Positions 50,675 through 60,949 of a stretch of 64,000 nt of DNA are shown here, one piece after another (positions within the stretch are counted from its first letter, which is position 1; the number at the start of each line of letters is the position of its first letter). The stretch spans positions 3,331 to 67,330 of the forward strand of contig JAGVJZ010000027.1 in the NCBI GenBank assembly GCA_020050845.1, in the 5' to 3' direction. This stretch comes from Gammaproteobacteria bacterium (GTDB taxonomy: Bacteria > Pseudomonadota > Gammaproteobacteria > UBA6002). A program made the position numbers and the translations under genes. Under the pieces are notes generated by a model. It searched no databases and was not told the origin of the DNA. It worked only from the letters and a program-made list of their open reading frames with translations.

Positions 50675-51982
50675 ATGACGCCTAATGATTTATCCAATGT
50701 TCCTAATCTTATCACCTCACTCGAAGGGCCGTTACAACAAATAGAAAAGCAACTACTAGAGAGTCAAACTTTAATAGAAAATTGGCTTGATGAGCAATTT
50801 CAGATAACAAAGCCACCCATATATTGTTCAGTCGATTTACGAAACTCGGGTTTTAAACTTGCACCCGTGGATACCAATTTATTTCCAGCGGGGTTCAATA
50901 ATCTTCATCCGGATTTTTTACCATTATGCATTCGAGCTGCCCAATCGGCTATGGCAGCTATTTGTCCAAAAGTGACAGAAATTATCTTGATCCCTGAGGA
51001 TCATACAAGAAACATGTATTATTATGAAAATGTCGCGATGATAAAGCAAATTTTTGTCAAAGCTGGCTTTAATGTAAAGATCGGATCCTTATTGCCACAG
51101 CTTAAAGAAGCTAAAACCATTAAATTGCCTTCGGGCGAATCAATCCTCTTAGAGCCACTGGTCAGACAAAATGGTCGTCTTAAGGTCAATGGCTTTTCCC
51201 CTTGCTTGGTATTGTTGAATAATGATCTATCAAGTGGCATTCCAGAGATTTTACAAAACTTATCAGAGCAGATGGTCATGCCCCCCTTAGAAGCAGGGTG
51301 GTCATCGCGTTTGAAATCAGATCACTTTGCGCATTATGCGCAAGTCGTCACAGAGTTTAGTAGTCAATTTGAACTTGATCCCTGGTTACTAGCGCCTAAC
51401 TTTCGATCTGTCGAAAATGTTAACTTTATGACCAAGCAGGGGGATGCTGATTTAATCAAGGTTGCAAAAGAATTGCTTGAGGTCATTAAGCAAAAGTATC
51501 AGGAATATGGCATCACTGAAAATCCTTATCTGGTCATAAAAGCAGATTCCGGCACTTATGGCATGGCGGTCATGACGCTTCACGATCCTTCTGCGCTTGC
51601 TGGCATGAACCGTAAGGACCGATCGCGAATGGCTAGCATTAAAGGTGGCAGAGAAGTTAACCGAGTCATTATTCAAGAAGGTGTTCATACCATCGAAACG
51701 TTTGGTAAACAAAATTCTTCTGCAGAGCCTGTGATCTATATGATTGGTCGAGAGGTGGTTGGCGGTTTTTATCGAGTGCATGGAAGCAAGGGTACCGATG
51801 AGAATTTAAATGCTCCGGGTATGAGCTTTGAATCTTTTTCTTTTGCTCAAACAGAAGATGCGGCTAAAAGTCAAAATCCAGCTAATCGCTTTTACGCCTA
51901 TAGCATAGTGAGCCGGTTAGCATTGCTCGCCGCCGCTAGAGAGTTGCAAACTGAGACAAAGAGTAAATCGTATGACTGTTAA
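50675..51982 (+). CDS. gshA: Glutamate--cysteine ligase (GshA, Acidithiobacillus/Burkholderiales-type family)
   Basis: SVDLRNSGFKLAPVDTNLFPAGFNN, KADSGTYGM, ENLNAPG; adjacent to gshB. Confidence 0.92.
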   Translation: MTPNDLSNVPNLITSLEGPLQQIEKQLLESQTLIENWLDEQFQITKPPIYCSVDLRNSGFKLAPVDTNLFPAGFNNLHPDFLPLCIRAAQSAMAAICPKVTEIILIPEDHTRNMYYYENVAMIKQIFVKAGFNVKIGSLLPQLKEAKTIKLPSGESILLEPLVRQNGRLKVNGFSPCLVLLNNDLSSGIPEILQNLSEQMVMPPLEAGWSSRLKSDHFAHYAQVVTEFSSQFELDPWLLAPNFRSVENVNFMTKQGDADLIKVAKELLEVIKQKYQEYGITENPYLVIKADSGTYGMAVMTLHDPSALAGMNRKDRSRMASIKGGREVNRVIIQEGVHTIETFGKQNSSAEPVIYMIGREVVGGFYRVHGSKGTDENLNAPGMSFESFSFAQTEDAAKSQNPANRFYAYSIVSRLALLAAARELQTETKSKSYDC

Positions 51983-52919
51983 ACTTGCTGTGGTTATGGA
52001 TCCCATTTCAAAGATTCATTATGAAAAAGACACAACCTTGGCTTTTTTACAAGAAGCTCAAAGAAGAAAATGGGATTTGTTCTACCTCGAACCCAAAGAT
52101 CTGTACGTCAAGGACGGGATCGCATTTGGAATGGCAAAACCGCTACAAGTTTTTGCAGACCCAAGTCATTGGTTTGCATTAGGTGAAGTTAACCAGCAAG
52201 AACTTACCACGTTTGACATCATCCTGATGCGCAAAGATCCACCATTTAATATGGAATATATTTATACGACCTATCTACTAGAATTTGCGAAGAACCAAGG
52301 AGTATTGGTTGTTAATAATCCGCAGAGCTTAAGGGATGCCAATGAAAAATTATTCGCACAATGGTTTCCTCATTGCATGCCTCCAACCTTAGTTTCTTGC
52401 GATGGCCAGCTTTTGCATGACTTTATCCAAGAACAACAAGATGTCGTCTTAAAACCTTTACACTCGATGGGCGGAGGGTCGATTTTTCGGCTCACAGCTA
52501 AGGACTACAACATTAATGTGGTGCTTGAAGTGCTGACTGACAATGGTCGCCAACACATTATGGCTCAGCGTTTTCTTCCCGAAATTGTTAAGGGGGACAA
52601 GCGTATCTTCTTAATTGATGGTGAACCTGTGCCTTATGCAGTAGCTCGTTTACCAAAAGAGGGAGAGATACGAGGCAATTTGGCAGCGGGTGGCACTGCT
52701 AAAGGGGTAGAGCTGTCAGAGCGCGATTTCTGGCTTTGTAGCCAAATCGGAGAAACTTTGAGACAAAAGGAATTGTTATTTGTGGGGTTAGATGTGATTG
52801 GGGATTATATTACGGAAATAAATGTGACCAGTCCCACCTGCGTGAGAGAACTAGAGTCTTTTTATCCGGTTAATATTTGTGCCCAGTTTTTGGATGTATT
52901 GGAGGCCAAATTAACATGA
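51972..52919 (+). CDS. gshB: Glutathione synthetase
   Basis: VVMDP, MRKDPPF, RGNLAAGG, EINVTSPT. Confidence 0.97.
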   Translation: MTVKLAVVMDPISKIHYEKDTTLAFLQEAQRRKWDLFYLEPKDLYVKDGIAFGMAKPLQVFADPSHWFALGEVNQQELTTFDIILMRKDPPFNMEYIYTTYLLEFAKNQGVLVVNNPQSLRDANEKLFAQWFPHCMPPTLVSCDGQLLHDFIQEQQDVVLKPLHSMGGGSIFRLTAKDYNINVVLEVLTDNGRQHIMAQRFLPEIVKGDKRIFLIDGEPVPYAVARLPKEGEIRGNLAAGGTAKGVELSERDFWLCSQIGETLRQKELLFVGLDVIGDYITEINVTSPTCVRELESFYPVNICAQFLDVLEAKLT

Positions 52920-52946
52920 TACTCGTCCACCCCAGCATTGTTATTT

Positions 52947-52973
52947 GTCATCCCAGCGAAGGCTGGGATCCAG
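52947..52973. repeat. GTCATCCC-family hairpin repeat after gshB (possible terminator)
   Basis: GTCATCCCAGCGAAGGCTGGGATCCAG, stem ATCCCAGC/GCTGGGAT. Confidence 0.65.
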
Positions 52974-53032
52974 AAAGTCTAAAAAGCACATAAAATTAAC
53001 CACTTATTTGTAGAACCATCTATTTTTATGTC

Positions 53033-53067
53033 TTTACAATAAAAATATGTTTATTTATAATAAACAT
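53033..53067 (+). promoter_or_regulatory. Sigma-70 promoter with overlapping palindrome
   Basis: TTTACA (53033-38)-N17-TATAAT (53056-61); ATGTTTATT-TAT-AATAAACAT (53047-53067). Confidence 0.65.
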
Positions 53068-53099
53068 TATCTTAAATTGTTTCAAAAACGGGAGACATT

Positions 53100-53378
53100 A
53101 TGTCAACGATCAAACAAGAAATATTAGAAATAATACGAACTGAGGATGAGACAAAGACCAAAAAAATAACCCAGATAGACTTAACGACCCATGATGTAAG
53201 CAACTTGAAACCGGAGGGAGCAGCATTACGGGACGTTGAAAAACTCTCAAACGCGTCAGTACTCGGCTTGATTGGTTTATTAAAGGATAATGTCCGCCAA
53301 TCCCCCACTAGAGTTAGTGCACCAGAGCCTGAGCTAGAGGATTTGTTGAAGCAGTTCAAAGTTACCTTGAAGAATTAA
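53100..53378 (+). CDS. Hypothetical 92-aa protein
   Basis: GGAG RBS, near-consensus promoter upstream; no recognisable family. Confidence 0.7.
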   Translation: MSTIKQEILEIIRTEDETKTKKITQIDLTTHDVSNLKPEGAALRDVEKLSNASVLGLIGLLKDNVRQSPTRVSAPEPELEDLLKQFKVTLKN

Positions 53379-53426
53379 GGTCAGGTTTGAAAAAAATAAA
53401 TTATAAGGTTAATTCGAAGACGTAAC

Positions 53427-54977
53427 TTACGACCGTTCCTGCTTCATTTGCTCTTCAACGAACCTAGCCTTACTACCCGGTATCTTATTAGGATATAACG
53501 TCTGAAGGCCCACCGATAGCCCATTTGAGGTCATCATACGTGCATGGGACCGATTGAGTTCGCGTGGTTCACGAACACCACAGGAGTGGCTAATTACCCC
53601 GATCTCATATTCCATATTTTTTGCATAATGATAAACCCGAACTGCCTTATTAGTTGGATCAAGTCCATAAGTATAGCGAGGGTCGTTAGACGTAATACCG
53701 GTTGGACAAGTATTCAAATGGCAGCGAAGCGCTTGGATACATCCTAAAGAAAACATAAAACCACGTGCTGAATTCACAAAATCAGCTCCGACGCATAATG
53801 CCCAAGCCACATCGGCTGGTGTTATTACTTTGCCAGAAACCACAATTTTGATCCGATCACGAAGACCATATTCAATCAAGGTATCGACCAAGACGGGTAA
53901 TGATTCTGTTATCGGTACACCCATGTAATCTATTAAGCTCATAGGAGCGGCGCCGGTTCCGCCGCCGGCACCATCTAAAGAGATATAATCCGGTGCTTCA
54001 TCTATGCCACGCCTTAAGATCTCAACACAAAGATCCTCTAACCATTCATAGCCTCCTAGACAGATTTTGAAACCAGTTGGCTTACCGGTGACATCACGAA
54101 CATGATTCACAAAATCAAGAAGCTCTTTTGAGTTAGAAATTTCTGGATGACGGTTTGGGCTGATAGAGTCTTGGTGAACAGGGATGCCTCGAATTGCAGC
54201 GACTTCTTCATCTACTTTGATGGCGGGAAGAATCCCACCTTTGCCAGGTTTTGCTCCCTGACTGAGTTTAACTTCAAACATCACGATTTGGGGAAGAGCC
54301 GCCATCTCTTTGAGACGTTCATCACTTAATTTACCGTCAAGGGTCCTAAAGCCATATTTTGCTGTTCCAATTTGAGCGACAAGGTCAGCGCCACCTTCAA
54401 GATGATAAGGGGAAACTCCGCCTTCTCCTGTATTTAACCAGCAGCCAGCCATTTTGGCACCATGTGAGAGTGCGAGGATTGCATTTTTAGAAAGAGCGCC
54501 ATAACTCATCGCTGAAATATTGAAAATAGACTTAGCGACATAAGTATGTTTGCAGTTGTCACCAATGGTAAGTGGTTTAGTTTCAACGGCGTCTTGATTC
54601 AACACAGGAAACGGCGCATCGACAAATAAAACGGTACCAGTTGGTTTTAAATCTCGGGTCGAACCGAAGCTGACCATATTATTAAGATCTTTTGCAGCCC
54701 TATAGACCCAAGAACGTTGTGCCCGATTGAATGGTAGTTCATCTCGATCACCCTCGAACCAGTATTGGCGTAAATAAACACCTAGGTCTTCAGTGATATA
54801 ACGTAAATGACCAATGATGGGATAATTGCGAAGAATTGCACGAGCTTTCTGATGTTTATCATAGAAATAAAGAATGATTAAACTGAGCACAATAAAAATT
54901 AAAACAGCCAGAAAGAATAAATCACTAAAGTCGATCACTCTATCAATTAGCACATCTATGAGTGAGTGATTAAACAT
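53427..54977 (-). CDS. FMN-binding glutamate synthase family protein
   Basis: NISAMSYGALS, NTGEGG, KLSQGAKPGKGG, GCIQALRCHLNTCPTG; N-terminal TM. Confidence 0.93.
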   Translation of the reverse strand: MFNHSLIDVLIDRVIDFSDLFFLAVLIFIVLSLIILYFYDKHQKARAILRNYPIIGHLRYITEDLGVYLRQYWFEGDRDELPFNRAQRSWVYRAAKDLNNMVSFGSTRDLKPTGTVLFVDAPFPVLNQDAVETKPLTIGDNCKHTYVAKSIFNISAMSYGALSKNAILALSHGAKMAGCWLNTGEGGVSPYHLEGGADLVAQIGTAKYGFRTLDGKLSDERLKEMAALPQIVMFEVKLSQGAKPGKGGILPAIKVDEEVAAIRGIPVHQDSISPNRHPEISNSKELLDFVNHVRDVTGKPTGFKICLGGYEWLEDLCVEILRRGIDEAPDYISLDGAGGGTGAAPMSLIDYMGVPITESLPVLVDTLIEYGLRDRIKIVVSGKVITPADVAWALCVGADFVNSARGFMFSLGCIQALRCHLNTCPTGITSNDPRYTYGLDPTNKAVRVYHYAKNMEYEIGVISHSCGVREPRELNRSHARMMTSNGLSVGLQTLYPNKIPGSKARFVEEQMKQERS

Positions 54978-55065
54978 GCGGGTTCTCCATTCTTCCTAGA
55001 AACTAAGAATAGCATATGTGAGAGAGGGTTGTAGGTAACAGAAGAGCTTAGGGGTCAGAAACTAA

Positions 55066-56778
55066 CTATTCTCCTGTTGCAGCCCCATTAGACCGACGAC
55101 TATCCATCGCGCCATTAAGTAAGTGAGAAGTAGGATCTTTGAGTATTCCAGCAACCGCTCCCCATAAAAGACTCCCGTAAGGCGATCCAAGCTGAAATTG
55201 GTATCCCATCTTTTCGAGCAAACGTTGGGTATCAACTGAAAAAGTAAAAGGTTCCATATAGACCCGGTCAGGCAACCACTGCATGTGAAAACGGGGCATA
55301 TCCTCGGCTTCTTGGATGTTCATTCCATACTCAATCACATTCAAAATGACATTGACCAGCTGAGAGGGAATAGTCGAACCGCCGGGGGTACCAATTACCA
55401 TAAAGAGCTGGTTGTTTTGGGTAATAATGGTAGGTGCCATGGAACTTAGCGGTTGCTTATTGGGAGCCATTAAGTTTGGCCAGCCTTGGTACAAGCCATA
55501 ATTGTTGGCGGTATTTGGCTTAATAGTAAAGTCGGCTAGTTCATTGTTCAAAAAGAAGCCGGTGTCACCTGGAATAACTTTCGCACCAAAATAATCATTT
55601 AATGTATAACTAACCGAAACCGCTGTGCCTTCCTTGTCGACAATTACATAAGCTGTAGTATTGGCTCCTTCCGTTGTGAAATGAATAAAAGAAGAAGGCG
55701 TTGCTCGGTCAGGTTTAATACGAGTTCGGATTTTTTGGATATGTGAGGGTGACAGCAACTTTGCAACAGGATTGGCAACAAAGAGAGGATCACCTAAAAA
55801 TTGATTTCGATCTGCGTAGGAAAATCTAAATGCTTCTAAAACATAGTGTGAGCCCATTGCCGAATGAAATCCAAATTGCCGTAATGGATATGCTTCTAAG
55901 ATTTTAAGTGCTTCACAGACGGTGACTCCGGACCCCGGAGGTGGTGTGGTAATAATGTGAAAATTTTTATAGTCGCACTGTAGGGGAGCTGCTTCCGTGA
56001 CTGTGTAGTTAAGAAGGTCTTCTTTCGTAATGGATCCTCCGCCTAGGCTAGAGGCGGTCACGATTTTCTCGGCAACTTCTCCTTGGTAAAATCCGGCGGA
56101 CCCATTTTTCGCAATGTTCTTTAATGTTTGGGCAAGCTCTCTTTGCACTAAGCGTTCACCATTAAGATAAGTCCGGTTATTCTTTAAAAATATTTTAGCG
56201 ACGTTGGGTTCATTTCGAAAATTCGCTTCTTGTAATTTAAAGATACTGGCATCTCCTGGCAGCACATTGAAACCATTTTCAGCTAATTTAATAGCAGGTG
56301 CCATGACTGTCGCTAAAGGTTTAGTTCCATACTTCTCTAACGCAGTATTTAATCCTTTTACTGTTCCAGGTATACCTACTGCTAAGTAGGGTTTTTGCAA
56401 ACCTTGGTTCATATGTCCAGTACTCAAATAGTCATTTATGACTCTACCTTGCTGATCAATATACTGGTTGATATTTATATGAGCAGGCGCTTTTTCACGA
56501 AAATTTATGAAGGTGCTTTTGCCATTAGCAAATCGAATTAGCATAAAACCACCGCCACCAATGTTACCGCAACAAGGATGAACGACTGCAAGTGCATAAC
56601 CGACTGCCACAGCAGCGTCGATAGCATTGCCGCCTGCTTTGAGGATATTATTGCCAACCTCTGTGGCATAGAGATGTCCAGAAACGACCATGTCTTTTGA
56701 GCTCGTAGCAGGTGCCGGAAATGCACCGTAGACCAAATTACTAATCAGAAGCATCAGAGCAATGATTAACTTTGACAT
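55066..56778 (-). CDS. ggt: Gamma-glutamyltranspeptidase
   Basis: GGNAIDAAVA, NIGGGGF, NTT nucleophile site, PLSSMAP, GTPGG; signal peptide. Confidence 0.95.
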   Translation of the reverse strand: MSKLIIALMLLISNLVYGAFPAPATSSKDMVVSGHLYATEVGNNILKAGGNAIDAAVAVGYALAVVHPCCGNIGGGGFMLIRFANGKSTFINFREKAPAHININQYIDQQGRVINDYLSTGHMNQGLQKPYLAVGIPGTVKGLNTALEKYGTKPLATVMAPAIKLAENGFNVLPGDASIFKLQEANFRNEPNVAKIFLKNNRTYLNGERLVQRELAQTLKNIAKNGSAGFYQGEVAEKIVTASSLGGGSITKEDLLNYTVTEAAPLQCDYKNFHIITTPPPGSGVTVCEALKILEAYPLRQFGFHSAMGSHYVLEAFRFSYADRNQFLGDPLFVANPVAKLLSPSHIQKIRTRIKPDRATPSSFIHFTTEGANTTAYVIVDKEGTAVSVSYTLNDYFGAKVIPGDTGFFLNNELADFTIKPNTANNYGLYQGWPNLMAPNKQPLSSMAPTIITQNNQLFMVIGTPGGSTIPSQLVNVILNVIEYGMNIQEAEDMPRFHMQWLPDRVYMEPFTFSVDTQRLLEKMGYQFQLGSPYGSLLWGAVAGILKDPTSHLLNGAMDSRRSNGAATGE

Positions 56779-56807
56779 AGTCCCTCTTTCATTTAATACT
56801 CAATCCG

Positions 56808-57533
56808 ATGATTGCGATTTATTTAGATGATCCCAATAGAATAGAAACAGCACAGCAGTTAGCATCGAAGCTGCGATTGCCGATTACACCGACGCCTCAC
56901 GGCTATCCTATCTTACTCGTGATCACATCAGCAAGATTAGAGCTGCGATTACCTGATTCTCATTTCAAACCGATTTATGTCGATTTTCTGGGTGCTAATT
57001 GGTCGCATCGTTTAAAGCAAATCGGCCGTGATAATGAATTAATTGCCAAAGCAGTCGGCATTAAAAAAAGTTTTCGACCGACGATCGTGGACGCTACTGC
57101 AGGTTTAGGAGGCGATGCTTTAGTGCTTAGCGCATTAGGTTGTCGTGTAACTATGATCGAGCGCTCTCCTATCATTGCAGCTTTGTTACGTGATGGTCTG
57201 GAGCGCGCAAAGTTTGAACAACTCGAATTACTTGAGGGCGATACCAAACAAATCTTGCCGAATTTAGCGAAGCGACAAAGCATTGATGTTGTTTACTTGG
57301 ATCCGATGTTTCCAATTCGAACCAAGTCCGCGCTTGTTAAAAAAGAAATGCGAGTCTTAAAGGAAATCGTTGGCGAAGATCCAGATAGTTCAGAACTGTT
57401 GAACATTGCGCTACCCTTAGTACAAAAGCGGGTTGTGGTGAAAAGACCCCTTCATGCTGCAACACTAACCTCGTTACAGCCGGACATCACTTACAAGGGA
57501 AAAGCTACCCGTTTTGATGTCTATTTGAAGTAA
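56808..57533 (+). CDS. rsmJ: 16S rRNA m2G1516 methyltransferase
   Basis: DATAGLGGD, YLDPMFP, KRVVVKRP, RFDVY. Confidence 0.93.
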   Translation: MIAIYLDDPNRIETAQQLASKLRLPITPTPHGYPILLVITSARLELRLPDSHFKPIYVDFLGANWSHRLKQIGRDNELIAKAVGIKKSFRPTIVDATAGLGGDALVLSALGCRVTMIERSPIIAALLRDGLERAKFEQLELLEGDTKQILPNLAKRQSIDVVYLDPMFPIRTKSALVKKEMRVLKEIVGEDPDSSELLNIALPLVQKRVVVKRPLHAATLTSLQPDITYKGKATRFDVYLK

Positions 57534-57564
57534 CATGTAGCCTAAGGTTTTACCCAGAAAACAT

Positions 57565-59466
57565 TTAAACCACACCTTCCGCCAAATCGCCTTTTGTTTC
57601 TAACCACACCTTCCGATCGGAAGCACGTTTCTTCGACAACAACATATCCATTAATTCGTCAGTGTTATCGCCATCGGTCACTAAAAGTTGCACTAAGCGC
57701 CGAGTTTCAGGAGCCATGGTCGTTTCGCGTAATTGCAGTGGATTCATCTCACCCAATCCTTTAAATCGCTGGACATTGACCGTGCCTTTTTTCTTTTCTG
57801 CAGCGATTCTATCTAATGTTCCTTTTTTCTCTGCTTCATCAAGCGCGTAGTAAACTTCTTTGCCGATATCAATTCTAAAAAGAGGCGGCATTGCGACAAA
57901 AACATGTCCCGCGGCGACTAATGGTTTGAAGTGCTTTAAGAACAAAGCGCAGAGCAAAGTTGCAATGTGTTGACCATCGGAATCTGCATCAGCCAGGATG
58001 CAAATTTTGTTATAGCGTAAAGATTCAAGGTTGGAAGAACCGGGATCGATTCCGATAGCGACTGAAATATCATGGATTTCTTGTGAGTTTAAGATCTCAT
58101 CAGAATTAACTTCCCACGTATTGAGAATCTTACCGCGTAATGGCATTACTGCTTGGAATTCTCTATTACGCGCTTGTTTTGCTGAACCCCCTGCCGAATC
58201 ACCCTCTACTAGAAATAACTCACCCTGTCGTGGATCAGAAGAAGAGCAGTCTGCTAATTTCCCAGGCAGTGCCGGTCCTGCCGTCACTTTTTTACGAATT
58301 ATTTTTTTACTGTCTCGTGAGCGTCGTTGCGCATTGTTAATTGCTAATTCAGCGAGGCTTTCGCCAATCGAAACATGTTGGTTGAGATATAAACTAAAAG
58401 CGTCTTTCACCACACCAGAAACAAATGTTACGCATTCTCTAGAAGAGAGTCGTTCTTTGGTCTGTCCAGAAAACTGTGGTTCTTGGATTTTGACTGAGAG
58501 AACATAGTTACAGTTATCCCAAATATCTTCCGCACTGAGTTTCAATCCTCGAGGTAGGAGCTTTCGAATTTCACAAAATTCACGCATCGCTTCCAGTAAA
58601 CCTGCTCGAAAGCCATTCACATGGGTACCGCCTTGAACTGTGGGGATCAAATTGACATAACTTTCGCCAATCACTGTGCCCGTTTCAGGTAACCATGAAA
58701 CAGCCCAGTCCACTGCCTCAATGCCACCACTAAAACTACCGACAAAAGGTTCTTCTGGTATTCGATCATCTTCAGGCAGGCTATTGCGTAAGTAATCTTT
58801 TAATCCTTGTTCGTAATACCAACTTTCTGCCTTGCCTGCAGATTCATCATGGAAATAAACATGCAGACCTGGGCACAATACTGCTTTAGCTCGTAAAGCA
58901 TGTTTCAAATGACTAATCGAAAATTTTGCGCTATCAAAATATTTCGGATCGGGCCAGAAGCGTACCGTTGTACCTGCTTCACGTTTATTCGCTGTCCCCA
59001 CTACTTTGAGATCTGACGTTTTATCACCGTTTGCAAACGACATCTGATAGATCTGACCATTGCGTTTAACGGTCACTTCCAATTTTAAAGACAAAGCATT
59101 TACCACTGAAATGCCGACCCCGTGCAAACCACCGGAAAACTTATAATTTTTATTTGAAAACTTCGCGCCAGCGTGAAGACGAGTGAGGATCAGCTCGACA
59201 CCTGGTATACCTTCTTCTGGATGCAGATCAACTGGCATTCCTCGGCCATCATCAACGACTTCTAATGACCCATCTTTATAGACTGTTACTGAGAGCTGTG
59301 AAGCATGGCCTGCAATTGCTTCATCGACGCTATTATCAATCGCTTCAAAACCGAGGTGATTAGGATTGCGAGTATCGGTATACATTCCTGGTCGTTTACG
59401 AACAGGGTCCAGTCCGCTTAATACTTCAATCGCTTCGGCTGTATAGGCACTATTGGCTTGTGGCAT
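57565..59466 (-). CDS. parE: DNA topoisomerase IV subunit B
   Basis: VRKRPGMY, VEGDSAGGSAK, DADSDG, RFKGLGEM; start re-set to ATG 59466. Confidence 0.97.
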   Translation of the reverse strand: MPQANSAYTAEAIEVLSGLDPVRKRPGMYTDTRNPNHLGFEAIDNSVDEAIAGHASQLSVTVYKDGSLEVVDDGRGMPVDLHPEEGIPGVELILTRLHAGAKFSNKNYKFSGGLHGVGISVVNALSLKLEVTVKRNGQIYQMSFANGDKTSDLKVVGTANKREAGTTVRFWPDPKYFDSAKFSISHLKHALRAKAVLCPGLHVYFHDESAGKAESWYYEQGLKDYLRNSLPEDDRIPEEPFVGSFSGGIEAVDWAVSWLPETGTVIGESYVNLIPTVQGGTHVNGFRAGLLEAMREFCEIRKLLPRGLKLSAEDIWDNCNYVLSVKIQEPQFSGQTKERLSSRECVTFVSGVVKDAFSLYLNQHVSIGESLAELAINNAQRRSRDSKKIIRKKVTAGPALPGKLADCSSSDPRQGELFLVEGDSAGGSAKQARNREFQAVMPLRGKILNTWEVNSDEILNSQEIHDISVAIGIDPGSSNLESLRYNKICILADADSDGQHIATLLCALFLKHFKPLVAAGHVFVAMPPLFRIDIGKEVYYALDEAEKKGTLDRIAAEKKKGTVNVQRFKGLGEMNPLQLRETTMAPETRRLVQLLVTDGDNTDELMDMLLSKKRASDRKVWLETKGDLAEGVV

Positions 59467-59476
59467 AAAAAACCTT

Positions 59477-60091
59477 TTATCTCTTATCGTTAAATATGTG
59501 TAGGTTGAGTTGCAACCATTGTATGGCAATAATGCTCAGAGCATTATTAATTCTTCCACTTTGAACCATGTCGTACGCTTCTTGACGGTTCACTACGTGG
59601 ACATAGATATCTTCATGTTCTTCAGGTAAGCCATGAATACCGCCGGCTTCTCTAGCATCCACTTCTGCACAATATAAAGTAAGATATTCACTGCTACCAC
59701 CCGGACTGACCCAGTATTCACAAATTTTATGCAGCTTCGATGCTTCAAGACCACTTTCCTCTTTCAGTTCACGCGTAATCAACTCTTCAGGATTTTGATC
59801 TTGATCTCCTAACATACCGGCAACCGCTTCAAGTAACCAGGGACTTCGCGCTTGGATTGCACCAATTCGACATTGCTCGATCAACACGACTTTATCTAAA
59901 CAAGGATCGTAAGGAAGTGCGGCCGCTATGGGTTTTCGTGAAGCAATTTCACGAGTAATGAGATCACTCCAGCCACCTTCAAATAATCGATGACGTAGCT
60001 TATAAACTTTAATCTCGGCAAACCCTTTATAAAGAGTTTCTTCCGAGTGTACTTCAAGATCTTTGTCCTTAGTAAAGTTAAAATCCTTCAT
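59477..60091 (-). CDS. nudF: ADP-ribose pyrophosphatase (Nudix)
   Basis: Nudix box RELKEESG, SPGGSSE, GGIHGLPEEHEDI; tolC/nudF/parE synteny. Confidence 0.92.
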   Translation of the reverse strand: MKDFNFTKDKDLEVHSEETLYKGFAEIKVYKLRHRLFEGGWSDLITREIASRKPIAAALPYDPCLDKVVLIEQCRIGAIQARSPWLLEAVAGMLGDQDQNPEELITRELKEESGLEASKLHKICEYWVSPGGSSEYLTLYCAEVDAREAGGIHGLPEEHEDIYVHVVNRQEAYDMVQSGRINNALSIIAIQWLQLNLHIFNDKR

Positions 60092-60219
60092 CGGTCCTCA
60101 TCTATTCAATATATAATTTTTCATTTGTTCACAAGTTGTTTACAATCGCGAAAACACTATACGCCTGTACCTACCATGTCTTCAAGATTTTGACTGGTAA
60201 CCCATTAATAACAGGGACA

Positions 60220-60918
60220 ATGATGACCAAGGATGTTTTCGCACAATTATCTCTAAGAAATCCAAAGAACTTCGTCACTGCTCGAACTAATATGATGAAA
60301 CAACAGATCAGAACATGGGATGTGTTTGACAAAAAAATCTTAGAGCTATTTTTTAAAGTGCCCCGCGAAGATTATATGCCTCCTGCCTTTAAAGAACTTG
60401 CCTATGCCGATATTGCGATACCGCTTGGCCATGGTCAATCCATGATGCCACCAAGGGAGGAGGCTCGAGTCCTACAACAACTTAAAATTACTCCCGAAGA
60501 TAAAGTTTTATTGTTAGGGATTGATAGTGGTTATCTAATCAATCTCTTATCGAGATTAGCTCGTGAAGTTTACTATGTGAGTGATGATTTAGAGTTTTTT
60601 GAAGACGCTAAGCAGAAAATTACTACTCAAAAACTTCCTAATGTCATCATGATGACCGGTAGTATTAATCATGGTTGGCAACAACTGATCCCTTATGACG
60701 TTATTTTATTAACAGGTTCATTGCCTTCTATACCCGATGAGTTGAGAAATGCCTTAACGATAGATGGTCGTTTATTTCTGGTAACTGGTGAATTTCCGAT
60801 TATGGAAGCCATTTTCATCCACAGAACCTCCAAGGATGCTTGGCAGGAAACCAAACTTTATGAAACAGACCGTCCACGAATGCTGGATGTACAAGACTTC
60901 GATAAATTTCAATTTTAA
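60220..60918 (+). CDS. pcm: Protein-L-isoaspartate O-methyltransferase-like protein
   Basis: ARTNMMKQQIRTWDV, VPRE, AYAD, PYDVI; pcm-tolC-waaA synteny; SAM motif degenerate. Confidence 0.82.
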   Translation: MMTKDVFAQLSLRNPKNFVTARTNMMKQQIRTWDVFDKKILELFFKVPREDYMPPAFKELAYADIAIPLGHGQSMMPPREEARVLQQLKITPEDKVLLLGIDSGYLINLLSRLAREVYYVSDDLEFFEDAKQKITTQKLPNVIMMTGSINHGWQQLIPYDVILLTGSLPSIPDELRNALTIDGRLFLVTGEFPIMEAIFIHRTSKDAWQETKLYETDRPRMLDVQDFDKFQF

Positions 60919-60949
60919 GGAAAGTATTGCTGATAAGGCAAAATTAGAT

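Noticed and set aside
53072..53359. 95-aa ORF on - strand
   Set aside because: Antisense to the 53100-53378 ORF, which has the promoter and RBS support
39561..59466. parC and parE 16 kb apart as a sign of an island between them
   Set aside because: Intervening genes are ordinary housekeeping genes; no integrase, flanking direct repeats or obvious composition shift
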